A DNA stretch of 64,000 nt from Mobula hypostoma (Eukaryota). The stretch is from contig NC_086100.1 in NCBI RefSeq assembly GCF_963921235.1, positions 84,320,001 through 84,384,000 on the forward strand, in the 5' to 3' direction. The position numbers were made by a program, and so were the translations under genes. The notes under the pieces are model-generated. The model did no database searches, was not told the origin of the DNA, and worked only from the letters and a program-made list of their open reading frames with translations. Positions 38,841 to 51,059 of this stretch are shown piece after piece; the stretch's first letter is position 1, and the number at the start of each line of letters is the position of its first letter.

Positions 38841-41800
38841 GAACTATCTACCTGTGAGGCATCTACCTGTGAGAATGCATCTCAACTTATATAAATATCT
38901 ACTGTATTATACAACTCTATAAAGACATCCACAGCATAGTAAATTTTAAATTGCGCCATTCAGGCCTAAAGATTTCAGCTCTGTGGAAGATTTCTTACTC
39001 TTGTGGCATAATGTCTTTCCTGACAAGGGAGGTCACTTTGTTGGGCCGATGAGAGTTGTGGCTGTGAAACAATCTCAGGTTCTGGGGCCTCCTCCGTGGT
39101 GTTTGTAGGAGATGATTATAGAAATGCAGGAAGTGGTTTTGACAGTTCTGGATACCTTTCTTCTGGATGTGTTGCCATCCCAAAGGGTGCATGGCAAGCT
39201 TCACTGGATGATACGGATCATAATGTGTGAGTACAGTGTCTGACATCACCATTTCTTTCACCTTTTCGAAAATCACCTCACACTGCTTTGTCCATTGCCA
39301 TTTCTTCCTGATCTGTAGTAATGAGTTCAAGATGTGGAACACAATAGCCCGGTTTGGCAGGAACCTGTTATAGTGATTGACAAATCCTAAAAAGGACTGC
39401 AACTGTGCCATGTCCTTTGGCATTGGGGGTATCCATCACTGCTTGAATTTTCTCAGCGCACTTGTTTAATCCTTGTGCATCACAATAGGTGATGAGGTGA
39501 TGCTTGGTTTAAAGAATTCACACTTGTTGCATGATGCTCTGAGTGCATAATCTTTTTTACACTGTCTTGAAATTTTGGAGATGTTCCTTGTCATCCTCAC
39601 TAGTAATAACAATGTCATTCAGGTAACACTATGAGCCTGGGCAGCCTTGCAGTACTTGGTCCATTGCTTTCTGCCAGAATACAGGTGCAGATGCTACTCC
39701 AAAAATAAGCTTATTATAGTGACGAAGTCCTTTGTGAGTGTTTATGGTGAGAAAACACCATCTCCATCTGTAGTTAAGCCTCAGCTAGGTCCACTTTGCT
39801 GAAGTGTTTCCCTGCAGAAAGGTTTGCAAAGATAGCCTCTATCCCGGGCAGAGGGTATTGATTTCCTTTCAGTACTGGATTAATGGTGACCTTAAAATCA
39901 CCAGACATCCTGTCAGACCCATTCTTCTTGGCTACTGCCCATGGGCTCGACTCAACTTAGAAAAGAAATCCTTCAGCCTCCATGTGATCCAGCTCACTGG
40001 CTACTTTATTAAGGATTGTATAAGGAACCTGTTGGGCTTCACAAAACTTGGGTGCGACATTTTCATTTAGCACTATTTTACCCTTAATATGTTTGAGTTT
40101 TCCAATGTCATCCCTGAACACTACTGTGACATCATCCAATACCTTTCTTAATTCGCTTCTAGTTGACTCTATTACAGGAAATGAGGCATGTAAGTAGTAC
40201 ATGGATCTCCAATTAAGCTGCAGTTGTGTCAGCCAATTAAGCCCCCACAATACTGGCCCTCCTATTTTGACCACATATAAGCCCAAATTGGCTTGTTGGT
40301 TGTTGTATCTCACTGTTGCAAATGTCATTCCCACAGGAAGTAACTTTTCTCCAGCTCTTAGTTGGACATCTGCAGGCTTCAGTCCAGTATCTTTGAAATG
40401 CCGCTCAAACTCATTTTGTAGAACGACTGTAACAACCAAGCCGGAGTCCAATTCCATCTTAATTAGTTTGTTGTTCACTTCTGGTGTAAGCCATGTTGTT
40501 TGTCTACTGTTAGTTTTCACATTGTAAATCCCATGGCTAATCAATCCTGTGCCATTCACTTCATTGTCAGATTTTACAACATCTGACGCAGATTAGTGCT
40601 TTTTTTAAAGCTGCAATTTGACTTTTTATCCTTTTCTTTTCCCTGTGCAGTTCATTTATTTTTGTCTGCCCAACATGCTTTTTGTATGTTTCTTACTTTG
40701 CTGCATTTTCTGCAAGTTTCGCCTTTAAACCTGCATGAGTCTGCTGTAGGCGAACCCCTGCCACAACAGTAAAATAATCTGTTTGGCCAGGGTGTTTTCT
40801 GTTTAGATATAGCAATTTTGTTCACGCTCACTTTCATTCCTGACTTCAACTCAATTGCATCTCTCTCTGCTGTTTCCTTTGATATAGCTATTTTAACTGC
40901 TCTTTTAAATGTAAGTTGCACTTCAGTTAGGAGGCAGTTTAAATGTTTTGTTGTAAAATTCCACAAACTAAATGATATCTCAGTGCATCGTTAAGCCCAC
41001 TACTGAACTGACAATGCTCACTCGACAACTTCTTCAATTCAGTCATGTAAACTGAAAGGAACTCCCCTTCCTTTTGATTCTGCTTATGAAGCCTAAAGCA
41101 ATTAACAATGGGTTCGTTCTAAATATTCCTGCATTACTTTCACAGTGAAGCTAATTTTGGCTGATTTACTTCTGGTAAAATGGTGGTGCATGCAAACGCA
41201 GTGGCCTCTCAGGAGCCAACCAATGGTGCTTTGTTCTCTGTAAAATTTGTTTTTTACAATCCAAAGACTATTCTACTCCAAGAGCTTCAGGCACTGCAGG
41301 GCTAATCCATCAGTGAGCTGCTCGTTGATGCTCTTTTAAAAAAAATTATCATTATTATCACCCGGTACTCGCTGTTTATGAACTTGTGAATTCTTCCATT
41401 TTCTGCCTTTTTTTTTAAAACTCTAATTTCTCACTGCGCTTCAACAGGTAGGTAGTCACCTCGGGTTCATTTCAAACTTTCTCATCACCATTGTTATCGT
41501 TTGTAACTCCAAAATATTAAACTATTTGAAAACAAAACACGGAGCCAGGATAACTCATGTATGTTACTTCCGCTTTTACTTTAAGCCATATGCGCATGTA
41601 TCACGCAATGACGTATGCCATTCACATATTTTTACATATAACCCATAATTAATTATTTAAATGAACACGAATGCTTAATCAAACAATATATTTACAATAA
41701 TACTCAGATATTAAATACACAAGTTATGCATGTGTGGATGTGTGAGAAAGAGAGATATACATGTATGTGTATGTATGTGATATGTACTAGTGAAGGATAG

Positions 41801-42694
41801 GTGAATAATGTTTTGTGTTCTGGAAACCTTGTCCTCATATTAATTACTTTCCTGTCATGTATGCAAGTTGCATCAGTGTTGAGTTGTGAACATCCTTCCA
41901 GCAAAGTTAATTGTTTTGTCCACTGGTTCCAAATAAATTTACCTTACACTACTGTGTTATCTGAGCTTGTTTCTCTCTAAGATTACTTGCAGTTAGATGA
42001 CTCTTAGACTGTACCACTGACTAGTTAGTTCCTAAATTAGCCTCTAACCTCTGTCCTTAAAAAAGCTAGAAATTGTACCTCATTACATTTGTAAATCAAC
42101 TAATTAACAGAAGAATAAATTAAATAAAGAAATCTTCTTCAAAACAGGAGGTAGAACCATTTTTGAACAACCCACATCCTGGATAGATTCACCCATTTTG
42201 TGCCATTTATCCACAATAAGACAGTAATGAAACATGGTTTTTCCAGTTTGGATGATTACTAGTACTTTTAAGGATAGAGGCTAGAAACTGATTTGTGGCT
42301 TAAATTGTTATTTGGACATTCTATGAGTGTTATTTAATTGCAAATAATCCAAGAGGAAAACTATCTCAAATACCAACACTGTGTAAAGTGCATTCATTTG
42401 GAATCAGAGTGCAAATAAAACAGGTAACATTGCTGGAAAGAAGTTCATAAATCATCTCTGGAGCTAAGTTTTGTGCCAGGAAATTAAAGACATTAGTGTG
42501 TGGCACACAAAAGCTATATGGAATCATTATTCATTCATGAATTACTAAGAGGTTCATCACTTTAGTTCAGCCAACAATAATGAAGTAGGGATCCTAAATG
42601 CAAGCCATTGGCAGTTTTCCTATGGTTGAAAGTTTTGTTTGAATGAATCAAGTATCAGTAGATTTGTTTGAATGAATCAAGTATCCTGATGGTG

Positions 42695-43753
42695 CTAATC
42701 AGTGGGGTTTATACGCCTAATATGTCTCAGCAATGGTAAAGTTTGGATTGACTTAGTCACCTCTCGGTACCGCAGTGCATAAACATATGGGGAAACTGCT
42801 CTAGGTAACATCATAAGGAAATTTGTCATTGACCTATTGATCCAGAGTACTGTCACATAGGAAATCAGGTCCATTTCTTGGAGTGCACCCCCTGCCACTA
42901 GACCAAGCAAGGGAATGAAGTAAAAGAATAGCAGCATTGACTGAATAAAGTAAGTCTGCCTTGCCCTGGAGTTGCCAGTCCATATTCCTGACGTCTTAGT
43001 TTTGCAGTATAACATGACATAGCTACTGGAAATCAGTACTAAACATATTAGAAAGTAAATTACTGTAAAACTGTAATACATTTTTAAGATAGGTAATCGA
43101 AGGAAAGAAAACATGAATATTAAAGGTAAAATACAAATCGATAACGTGGACAATGGATTCTGTTGAGTTCCTAGTGTTATTATAAAAATGACAGATGGAG
43201 CTGCGGCAGAAACAATACAAATACAGATAATGATTTTCAGGGCCCTGGATCGAGGTAAAAGTGAGGGATAACGAAGCGGCCAGCTAACAGCCACATAAGT
43301 GTCCACCACCATTGCAGTGACTGTCAGAATGCCATTACAATAAGACACGGTTAACACATACAATAGTGTTTGGCAAACAACTTTAGGCATCCCGACACCT
43401 GCAGCATTAAGGATGTCGATGAAGGTGTTCAGTACTGAATAAATTAGATCATTAACCAAAGTGTTGGCAAGCAGCAGGTACCTGGTTTCCTGATGAAGGT
43501 TGTTGTTTGAAAAGATGGCAATCAAGACAAGAGGTACAGCCAACAATGAGGCAATAAGGCAAATTATCAGAGGAATCATCAAAATATGTGTTTTGGAGTG
43601 TCCCAAAGCATTCACCCATGCTTGGATGTCTTCGTGCTGAAGAAAATCCATGGAATGGGACGCATTTGCAGGGAACTGCACAGTAACGTGTTCTTCAGCT
43701 AGAAGAGACATCTCATTGTGGTCGGCACGATGATTGCAATTATATAAATTCAT
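42695..43753 (-). CDS. GPR148-like orphan 7TM GPCR, copy 3 (352 aa, intronless CDS)
   Basis: 7TM. Motifs LHQETRYLLLANTLVNDLIY, TAMVVDTYVAVSWPLRY, KTSGIW..NSRARQT and MMLPRAVSPYVYALRYREV. Closest to copy 2. Confidence 0.88.
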   Translation of the reverse strand: MNLYNCNHRADHNEMSLLAEEHVTVQFPANASHSMDFLQHEDIQAWVNALGHSKTHILMIPLIICLIASLLAVPLVLIAIFSNNNLHQETRYLLLANTLVNDLIYSVLNTFIDILNAAGVGMPKVVCQTLLYVLTVSYCNGILTVTAMVVDTYVAVSWPLRYPSLLPRSRALKIIICICIVSAAAPSVIFIITLGTQQNPLSTLSICILPLIFMFSFLRLPILKMYYSFTVIYFLICLVLISSSYVMLYCKTKTSGIWTGNSRARQTYFIQSMLLFFYFIPLLGLVAGGALQEMDLISYVTVLWINRSMTNFLMMLPRAVSPYVYALRYREVTKSIQTLPLLRHIRRINPTD

Positions 43754-44583
43754 TACATACCACTTGAAATCAACTCATGACCACAAATTAGTGTTTGCTT
43801 TCATCCAGTACAGCAATGGCCTTCAACTTGATTTGGTCATTTTGATCAAAATCCCTTCAGGCTTACTGCAGATAATACTTGTACTCATGTGATCCTGTAT
43901 ATTCTTGAAACGTAAAGAAGAAAAATCCTCCTCTTCAAATGTAAAAGGAACCATTCTTCACGCAATTCCTATATGCAGCTCGGAGCTGGTGCAGTATGTG
44001 CTTTCTTATTTTCATAAACATATTCATACAAATAAATCTTGCAGAGGCTGAAACCAAGATCCAGACAAATGGAATTTTATCTTCATTTGATTAAAAAAAA
44101 TTCTCTACCAAAAATGATGTTCAAATGGAATTGGTTTAGTGCCCTAAAAATCAGCACAGCACCAAATCTGTGGCTTGTAGCAGAGCAGAGACACACTGCC
44201 ACTTCATTTGCCAGGAGACAGGTTGTTGATTTGACACTCATTGGACACACTGTTTGATTTGACACTCATTGGACACGTTTTATCTGATCAATGCCAGCGA
44301 ACAGAAGGATTTCATTAATTAAAACAGATTCTAAATGAGTAACAGCTCCATCTCGCAGCTAACACTAAACCACATTTGTCACTTCTCATGCTCCAATGAC
44401 TGAATTTGTTTTTAATAGCAATATCATTATTGGTTTTGTACAGAAAATCCTATTAGTAACCTGTTATAATAATGCGACATTGGTACTGCAGTCATCTGAA
44501 TAAACTTACCCAAGTAGATCACCTTGCAGTTTTTGACCTATTACATTGCCCAACTATTGATCGACACCTCATTCCTGTAAGTG

Positions 44584-44728
44584 GCCACCCCGAGCACGCT
44601 TTCCATCCGTGCCGGGTTGAGTGTCGAGCTAGCCACTCAGCCTCGTAAAAAATACAAGGATCGAGTCAGGAACGTTCATAATGTGACCCAATTAATCCTG
44701 ACACCATGTGCCAGACAAGAAAAAAAAA
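44584..44728 (+). mobile_element. Short poly(A)-tailed retroposed insertion (truncated SINE)
   Basis: 13-bp TSD ATTCCTGTAAGTG at 44571-44583 and 44729-44741; A-run tail. Confidence 0.75.
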
Positions 44729-44869
44729 ATTCCTGTAAGTGTTAAGTTTGCCTCACGGGCACAGGATGGGAATGTTGGGAGAACACACACCAGACCTTTT
44801 TGAGCGGTAGGTGGTTGAGATGACCAACCTCTAGATCCCGAGCACCATCAACTCAGATGATCTCAAAGA

Positions 44870-45038
44870 TGAGAAAATCTTCAGATGCTGGAAATCCGAA
44901 GCAACACACACAAAATGCTGGAGGAACTCAGCAGGCCAGGCAGCATCTATGGAAAAGAGTAAACAGTCGATGTTTCAGGCCGAGGCCCTTCCTCAGGATT
45001 GCCTGTTGTATTCCTCTAGCATTTTGTGTGTGTTGCTT
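44870..45038 (-). mobile_element. Penelope terminal-repeat foldback containing a hammerhead-like core
   Basis: 38-bp inverted arms at 44899-44936 and 45001-45038. The minus strand of 44963-45000 reads CTGAGGA-AGGGCCTCGGCCT-GAAAC-ATC-GACTGT. Confidence 0.7.
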
Positions 45039-46564
45039 TGTCTCAGATGGTCTATTTTGGGCCCAACACATTGATGAGGGTGGCATGCCAGCAGCTCTTC
45101 TTTGTCATAAGTCTGAGGAGATTTGGTATGTCACCAGAAGACCCTTGAATATTTCTAGATACATTCAGTGGGCACTTTATTAGGTATCTCTTAATATTGT
45201 GATCTTCTGCTGCTGTAGCCCATCCATTTCAAGGTTCAGCATATTGTGCATTCAGTGTTGCAACTGAACATAACATTTAGTGCTGCCCTTCTGCACATCA
45301 CTGTTGTAATGCATGATTATTTTGAGTTACTGTCACTTTGGACACAGTATTTAGTTACACACAGCACACATAACTACGGTAAACTTCAATACAGACACAA
45401 AATAGTATTAGCACCAGTCCTCGAGTTGGATGGCATGAAGATTGATGGTGCACAGTATTTGTGGCAATTATACGTTTTTGCACAGTTCTGCTGCTACAAA
45501 ACAAAGTTCACCTCAACTAAGTCAGTGACAATAAATTTGATTCTGATTGCCAATAACTTATTCTTATGATGTCCCAGGAGTTCACTGATAACCTATTTTC
45601 AATCTGATGGTGTGGGTTCTGAGGTGGCTAACGAAGCCACCAATGACAACTCCTGACACTTCTGCAGACAGGGCATCTGGTGTTAGAAAGTGTGGGTGGC
45701 TCGCGAGGAGATAAGTTTCATTTACTGCTTTTGCAAGTCTGATGCATGGTTTTAGTTCTCAACACCATCCAGGATACTTCTTCCCCACTTGGAATTTGCT
45801 TGTTATTGACACATGTACTGATGTATAGTGAAAAAATTGTTTTGCATGTCACCCCTACAAATCATTTCATCATATCAGTACACTGAAGTCATACATGGAA
45901 AAGCAACAAGAGCTTGCAGAATAAAGTGTTAGTTACAGAGAATGTGCAGTGCAGGTGGACAATAAGGTAGATAGTGGGGTCAAGACTCGATCTCATCATG
46001 CTAGGAACCACTTTAGCAGTGGGATAAAGCTGACCTGCGCCTGGTGGTACATGCTTTAAGGACAATATTTTCCTCTGTCTCACTGGTAATCTTTTCCCAT
46101 TTTGAGCTCAGAATGGAGGGTCAGCTATGCTAATGATGTGAATTGTTTAGTATTCAGTCCAACTAAGACCTTTTGGGTTAGGGTCTAATCTGTTATTTAA
46201 CTGTTTTTTATGCTTGCTCACATTTATATAATCCCGTATTTGTAATTTCAGTGAATTTTCAGTAATTTACACTATCTTCCTTATTGCAGCCTGTGTCATG
46301 CCATAAATAGAACTGTTTCATAGGGTGATCTTATAAAGGAATTTCCTTCCATGTCTAGCTTGAACTAGTTTTCAGTATTATGAAAGACCACAAGGAAGAT
46401 CATTTATTAGAGGGAGCTGGTTAGAGTTAGTTACCTGTTGCTGTGTTACTCACTCACAGTACCTTACTGTTATTGCTTTCTTTTCAGCATCTAATAAACA
46501 GCTGCGACTGCATGATTTGCACCTCATTCTTGCCTTCTGGACAATATTATCTCCAGATCCAGCA

Positions 46565-49500
46565 AGAGAAAATCTGCAGATGCTGGAGATTCGAGCACCC
46601 CACACATAATACTGGAGGAACTCAGCAGGCCAGGCACCATCTATGGGAAAAAGTACAGTTGACTTTTCAGGCTGAAACCCTTCAGCAGGGCTGGAGAAAA
46701 AAGCTGAGGAGTAGATTTAAAAGGTGGGGGGGGGGGTGCGGGAGAGAGAGAAACACTGGGAGTGGGGGGGGGATGAAGCAAAGAGCTGGGAAGTTGATTG
46801 GTGACAGAGACAGGCCATGGAAGAAAGAAATGGGGGGGGGGAGAGGAGGAGCACCAGAGTGAGGCAATGGGCAGGCAAGGAGATGAGGGAGAGAGGGAAA
46901 AAGGGGAATAATGAAGGGGGGGGTTTGGGGGGCATAACTGGAAGTTTGAGAAATTGATGTTCATGCCATCAGGTTGGAGGCTACCCAAACAGAATATAAG
47001 GTGTTGTTCCTCCAACCTAACTCTGCAGGTGATGGGGCAAATTTGCAGCCATTGGAGTGAGTTGCAGTGCAATCAAAGCAAAAAGTACCAAATACTGGTC
47101 TTAAGGTGTTATACTTAAATGCACGCAGCATAAGGAATAAGGTGGATGATCTTGTCGTACAGCTACAGTTTGGCAGGTATGATATTGTGGGATAGGCAGG
47201 TAGGCAGAGGGGGTGGCGTGGCTTTATTGGTAAGAAATGATATTAAATCATTAGAAAGAGATGACATAGGTTCAGAAGGTGTAGAAACTTTATGGGTTGA
47301 GCTAAGAAATCGCAGGGGTAAAAGGACCCTGATGGCAGTTATATACAGGCCTCCAACTAGCTGCAGTGATGTGGACTACAAATTACAACAGGAAATAGAA
47401 AAGGCTTGTCAGAAGGGCAGTGTTATGATAATTGTGGGGGATTTTAACATGCGAGTTGATTGGAAAAATCAGGTCGTCACTGGATCTCAAGAGAGAGAAT
47501 TTGTAGAATGTCTGCGAGATGGTTTTTTAGAACAGCTTGTTGTTGAGCCCACTAGGGGATCGGCTGTACTGGATTGGGTATTGTGTAATGAACCAGAGGT
47601 GATTAGAGAGGTTGAGGTGAAGGAACCCTTAGGAGGCAGTGATCATAACATGATTCAGTTCACTGTGAAATTTGAGAAAGAGAAGCCGAAATCCGATGTG
47701 TCAGTATTTCAGTGCAGGAAAGGAAATTACAGTGGCATGAGAGAGGAACTGGCCAAAGTTGACTGGAAAGGGACGCTAGCAGGAAGAATGGCAGAGCAGC
47801 AGTGGCTGGAGTTTATGCGAGAAGTGAGGAAGGTGCAATACAGATATATTCCAAAAAAGAAGAAATTTTCGAATGGAAAAAGGTTGCAACTGTGGCTGAC
47901 AAGAGAAGTCAAAACTAAAGTTAAAGCAAAGGAGAGGGCATACAAGGAAGCAAAAATTAGTGGGAAGACAGAGGATTGGGAAGTTTTTAAAAGCTTACAA
48001 AAGGAAACTAAGAAGGTCATTAAGAGGGAAAAGATTAACTATGAAAAGAAACTAGCAAATAATATCAAAGAGGATACTAAAAGCTTTTTCAAGTATATAA
48101 AGAGTAAAAGACAGATGAGACTAGATATAGGACCTATAGAAAATGATGCTGGAGAAATTGTAATGGGAGATTAGGAGATGGCGGAGGAACTGAACGAGTA
48201 TTTTGCATCAGTCTTCACTGAGGAAGACATCAGCAGTATACTGGACACTCAAGGGTGTCAGGGAAGAGAAGTGTGCACAGTCACAATTACGACAAAGAAA
48301 GTACCAAGGAAGCTGAATAGTCTAAGGGTAGATAAATCTCCCAGACCAGATGGAATGCATCCTCGTGTTCTGAAGGAAGTAGCTGTGGAGATTGCGGAGG
48401 CATTAGCAATGATCTTTCAAAAGTCAATAGATTTTGGCATGGTTCTGGAGGACTGGAAGATTGCAAATGTCACTCTGCTGTTTAAGAAGGGGCAAGAAGC
48501 AAAAAGGAAATTATAGACCAGTTAGCTTGACATCGGTGGTTGGGAAGTTGTTGGAGTCGATTGTTAAGGATGAGGTTACGGAGTGCCTGGAGGCATACGA
48601 CAAGATGGGCAGAACTCAGCATGGTTTCCTTAAAGGGAGATCCTGCCTGACAAACCTATTGCAATTTTTTGAGGAAATTACAAGTAGGCTAGATAAGGGA
48701 GCTGTAGTGGATGTTGTATATTTGGATTTTCAGAAGGCCTTTGACAAGGTGCCATACATGAGGCTGCTTAACAAGGTGAGAGCCCATGGAATTAAGGGAA
48801 AGTTATATATGTGGATAGAGCGTTGGCTGATTGGCAGGAAACAGAGAGTGGGAATAAAGGGATCCTATTCTGGTTGGCTGCCGGTTACCAGTGGTGTTCC
48901 ACAGGGGTCCGTGTTGGGGCTGCTTCTTTTTACGTTGCACATCAACAATTTTGATTTTGGAATAGATGGCTTTGTGGCTAAGTTTGCTGATGATACAAAG
49001 GTAGGTTGAGGGGCCGGTAGTGCCGAGGATACAGAGAGTCTGCAGAGAGACTGGGATAGATTGGGAGAATGGGCAAAGAGGCAAATGAAACACAATGTTG
49101 GCAAGAGTATGGTTATGCACTTTGGCAGAAGAAATAAACGGGCAGACTATTATTTAAATGGGAAGAGAATTCAAAGTTCTGAAATGCAACGGGACTTGGG
49201 AGTCCTTGTGCAGGATACCCTTAAGGTTAACCTCCAGGTTGAGTCGGTGGTAAAGAAGGCAAATGCAATGTTGGCATTCACTTTTAGAGGAATAGAGTGT
49301 AGGAGCAGGGATGTTATGTTGAGGTTCTATAAGGCACTGGTGAGACCTCACTTGGAGTACTGTGGAGTTTTGGGCTCCTTATTTAAGAAAGGATGTGCTG
49401 ACGTTGGAGAGGGTTCAGAGAAGATTCACTAGAATGATTCTGGGAATGAGAGGTTTAACATATGAGGAACGTTTGTCCGCTCTTGGACTGTATTCTTTGG

Positions 49501-50520
49501 AGTTTAGAAGAATGTTGAAAGGCATGGACAGAGTGGATGTGGTAAAATTGTTTCCCATGATGGGGGAGTCTAGTACGAGAGGGCACGACTTAAGGATTGA
49601 AGTGTGCCCATTCAGAATAGAGATGTGAAGAAATTTTTTTAGCCAGAGGGTGGTGAATCTATGGAATTTGTTGCCATGGGCGGCATTGGAAGCCAAGTCA
49701 TTGGGTGTATTTAAGGCAGAGATTGATAGGTATCTGAGTAGTCAGGGCATCAAAGGTTATGGTGAGAAGGCGGGGGAGTGGGACTAAATGGGAATGGATC
49801 AGCTCTTGATAAAATGGCGCAGCAGACTCAATGGGCTGAATGGCTGACTTCTGCTCCTTTGTCTTATGGTCTCATCATCTCAATGGAGGAGGCCATGGAT
49901 GGGTATATCATAATGAGAATGGTTAAGTGGAATTAAAATGGGTGGCTACTCGGCGATCACATTTGTTCTGGCAGACGGAGCGAAGATGCTCGGCAAAGCA
50001 GTCTCCCAATCTACATCGGGTCTCACCGACGTACAGGATGCCACATGGGGAGCACCAGACACAATAAATGACCCTAACAGACTGACAGGTGAAGTGTTGC
50101 CTCACCTGAAAGGACAGTTTAGGACCCTGAATGGTAGTGAGGGAGGAAGTGTAGCACTTGTTCTGCTTACAAGGGCCAGGAGGGAGATCAGTGGGGAGGG
50201 ACAAATGACAAAGGAGTCACGTAGGGAGCAATCCCTGAGGAAAGCAGAAAGTATGAGGGGTGGGGTGGAGGGAAAGATGTGCTTGGTGGTGGGATCCCGT
50301 TGGAGGTGACGGAAGTTTCGGATAATTGTGTGCGGAATCGGGGGCTGGTAGGGTGGTAGATGATAACAAGAGGAACCCTATCCCTGGTAGGGTGGCAGAA
50401 AGATGGGGCAAGAGCATACGTGTGTGAAATGAAAGAAATGCAGTTGAGGGCAGTATTGATGGTGGAGAAAGTTTGAAAAAGGAGGACATCTACTTCGTTC
50501 TAGAATGAAAAGCCTCATCT
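46565..50520 (-). mobile_element. Penelope-like element (RT end, GIY-YIG, terminal repeat) split by a CR1 insertion; pieces 46565-47020 and 49873-50520
   Basis: VIYCVWCSPCGILYVGET (49923-50204) and RLEEQHLIFCLGSLQPDGMNI (within 46641-47072) join up as in the copy at 55853-56179. Confidence 0.85.
47026..49872 (+). mobile_element. CR1/HER1 LINE covering most of ORF2 (APE endonuclease + RT), inactivated
   Basis: APE motifs YLNARS, GGGVAL, IYRPP, VGDFN, GSDHN; RT motifs YLDFQKAFD, GVPQGSVLG, KFADDTK. Stop at 48172 plus frameshifts. Ends in CTCCTTTGTCTTATGGTCT. Confidence 0.93.
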
Positions 50521-51059
50521 TGATCCTGATCGTCATCCAGATCCAATAAGCCTTGTTGCAGCAGATGTTAATGCGAGAGAAGAACAAGGTCGATTCACTT
50601 GTCCTTCCAGTGAATTTGGAAAACTTAGTCAAGAACACATTGGTGCTAACATTCCAGTGCTTTAGGATGCCGGCTGCATGTGGTCCCAGTCTCAGAATTT
50701 TAAATGAGAACAGGGATCGATTTCTGACAGCACATCATCTTCACACTTGTTAAGCTGTTCTTACTCCAACTTGTATACAAGTCCTCTTAAATGTTTGTGC
50801 TGTTTCCAATGATCTGTATGGACGGCATGTATAACAAAGTAGCTGCTACAATAATACATGAATTAACCAACCTCAAGAAACTGCAGTGACACAAAGTACA
50901 AAATTTAAAATACAATAATAATGCAAAATATTCACATAAAATCCATTTCTACCACCAAACAATAATAGAATAACTATAATTTTGATGGCTTCAAAGGAAA
51001 ACAAATTAATTTTAATTTTGAATGACCTGCAGAATGGGAACTTCCCTCTCATCCTTATT

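Larger units (their letters stand above)
37379..41721 (-). mobile_element. Decayed Ty3/Gypsy LTR retrotransposon with both LTRs (3' LTR 37379-38145, 5' LTR 41492-41721)
   Basis: Two homologous LTRs. PBS-like TGGTGATGAG next to the 5' LTR; PPT AGGGAGGAG next to the 3' LTR. Gag Zn-knuckle remnants (40652-40966), protease LDSG (39957-40559) and RT/RNaseH-linker LQSFLGFVNHY (38995-39423). Flanks AGTTG/AGTTA. Integrase not seen. Confidence 0.85.

Noticed and set aside
18558-43220. Alternative-frame or antisense ORFs overlapping the GPCRs (18558-19013, 29999-30409, 43023-43220)
   Set aside because: Not conserved between the three paralogs; shadow ORFs.
50378-50753. Possible exon in unique sequence upstream of the PARL promoter
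   Set aside because: No recognisable protein similarity and no convincing pair of splice sites.
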